Source: Methanomassiliicoccales archaeon
Lineage (GTDB): Archaea > Thermoplasmatota > Thermoplasmata > Methanomassiliicoccales > UBA472
Length of the DNA stretch: 64,000 bases
Assembly: GCA_036677555.1 (NCBI GenBank)
Contig: JAVBWG010000006.1
Location: 70,202 to 134,201, forward strand
Direction: 5' to 3'
Shown here: positions 63,714 to 64,000 of the stretch, in pieces
Layout of the letters: each line of letters opens with the position of its first letter
Position numbering within the stretch: the first letter of the stretch is position 1
Program-made: the position numbers and the translations under genes
Notes under the pieces: generated by a model
Told to the model about the DNA's origin: nothing
Databases searched by the model: none
What the model saw: only the letters and a program-made list of their open reading frames with translations

Positions 63714-64000
63714 ATGGCCCGCGATTTCAGCCAGAGGTCCCGATCCATCGTCCAGTCCGAGATAAGGAACATGACGCTGGAATGCACCAGGTTGGGAGGG
63801 ATAAACCTGGCCCAGGGAGTCTGCGACACAGACACCCCGCGAGAGGTCATCGAGGGGGCGCACCGGGCGGCCTTGGATGGCGTGAACGCCTACACCCGAT
63901 ATGACGGACTGCCTGTCCTTCGCAACGCCATATCCAAGAAGTTCAAGGACCTGAACCGGCTTGAGGTGGACCCCGAGAGCGAAGTGGTCTGTTCTGCCGG
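63714..64000 (+). CDS. Pyridoxal-phosphate-dependent aminotransferase class I/II, 5' part (partial, runs off window)
   Basis: Own translation from ATG 63714: MARDFSQRSRSIVQSEIRNMTLECTRLGGINLAQGVCDTDTPREVIEGAHRAALDGVNAYTRYDGLPVLRNAISKKF... This is the typical N-terminus of Asp/Met aminotransferases (INLAQG, YT.Y.G). The track ORF 63704..63904 is in a different frame. Confidence 0.7.
   Translation, partial: MARDFSQRSRSIVQSEIRNMTLECTRLGGINLAQGVCDTDTPREVIEGAHRAALDGVNAYTRYDGLPVLRNAISKKFKDLNRLEVDPESEVVCSA

Noticed and set aside
1-64000. CRISPR arrays, IS elements/transposases, prophage or known defence systems
   Set aside because: I scanned the intergenic regions and the ORF list. I found no regularly spaced repeats, no transposase/integrase/Cas-like proteins, and no helicase-nuclease modules. 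The ABC-F protein is a canonical translation-type ABC, not a Gabija/PARIS-type ATPase.

Overview
Dense, GC-rich chromosomal segment of an archaeon. The gene content points to a Thermoplasmata / Methanomassiliicoccales-like euryarchaeon. Supporting this: archaeal PheT, SRP54 plus 7S RNA, TrmY, MptE, archaeal-type PPAT, HMG-CoA reductase, split LplA/LplB as in Thermoplasma, BRE/TATA promoters of the form AAAGG+TATA, many 0-4 nt gene junctions and near-leaderless starts. I call about 70 CDS, 3 tRNAs (Ala-CGC, Ser-UGA, Ile-GAU) and one SRP (7S) RNA that an ORF track cannot show. Functional blocks in order: (1) an Opp/Dpp-type ABC importer (2.8-9.3 kb), a site-2 protease and the class III ribonucleotide reductase NrdD; (2) an eight-gene head-to-tail unit (16.5-24.5 kb) joining an NMT1/SsuA-type ABC importer, a URO-D-family enzyme, lipoyl synthase and E1alpha/E1beta/E2 of a 2-oxoacid dehydrogenase; (3) a convergent operon (24.5-26.2 kb) of rubredoxin-fused ferredoxin:thioredoxin-reductase-like protein, CPHC thioredoxin-fold protein, LplB and LplA; (4) HisD, an ABC-F ATPase/methyltransferase cluster, and a catalase flanked by AT-rich ORF-free DNA; (5) an OpuA-type betaine importer, PurB, and a KaiC/GvpD-like ATPase with two tandem wHTH paralogues; (6) an SRP54-TrmY-PPAT housekeeping block, a low-GC beta-helix surface protein, PheT, HMG-CoA reductase and citrate synthase. 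I saw no CRISPR array, IS element, integrase, prophage or recognisable defence system. The best candidate for something undescribed is the lipoate-centred supercluster. Its dehydrogenase operon has no E3 (dihydrolipoamide dehydrogenase) gene. It is abutted stop-to-stop by an operon coupling lipoate ligase to a ferredoxin-type disulfide reductase/thioredoxin pair, which could be a ferredoxin-linked substitute for E3. Other notable items are a circularly permuted family-5 substrate-binding protein, a zinc-ribbon insertion in an OppD-like ATPase, an ABC-F protein in an archaeal operon, and a PPAT-YjjX fusion. All family assignments come from motif recognition by eye. No database search, covariance model or composition calculation was run.
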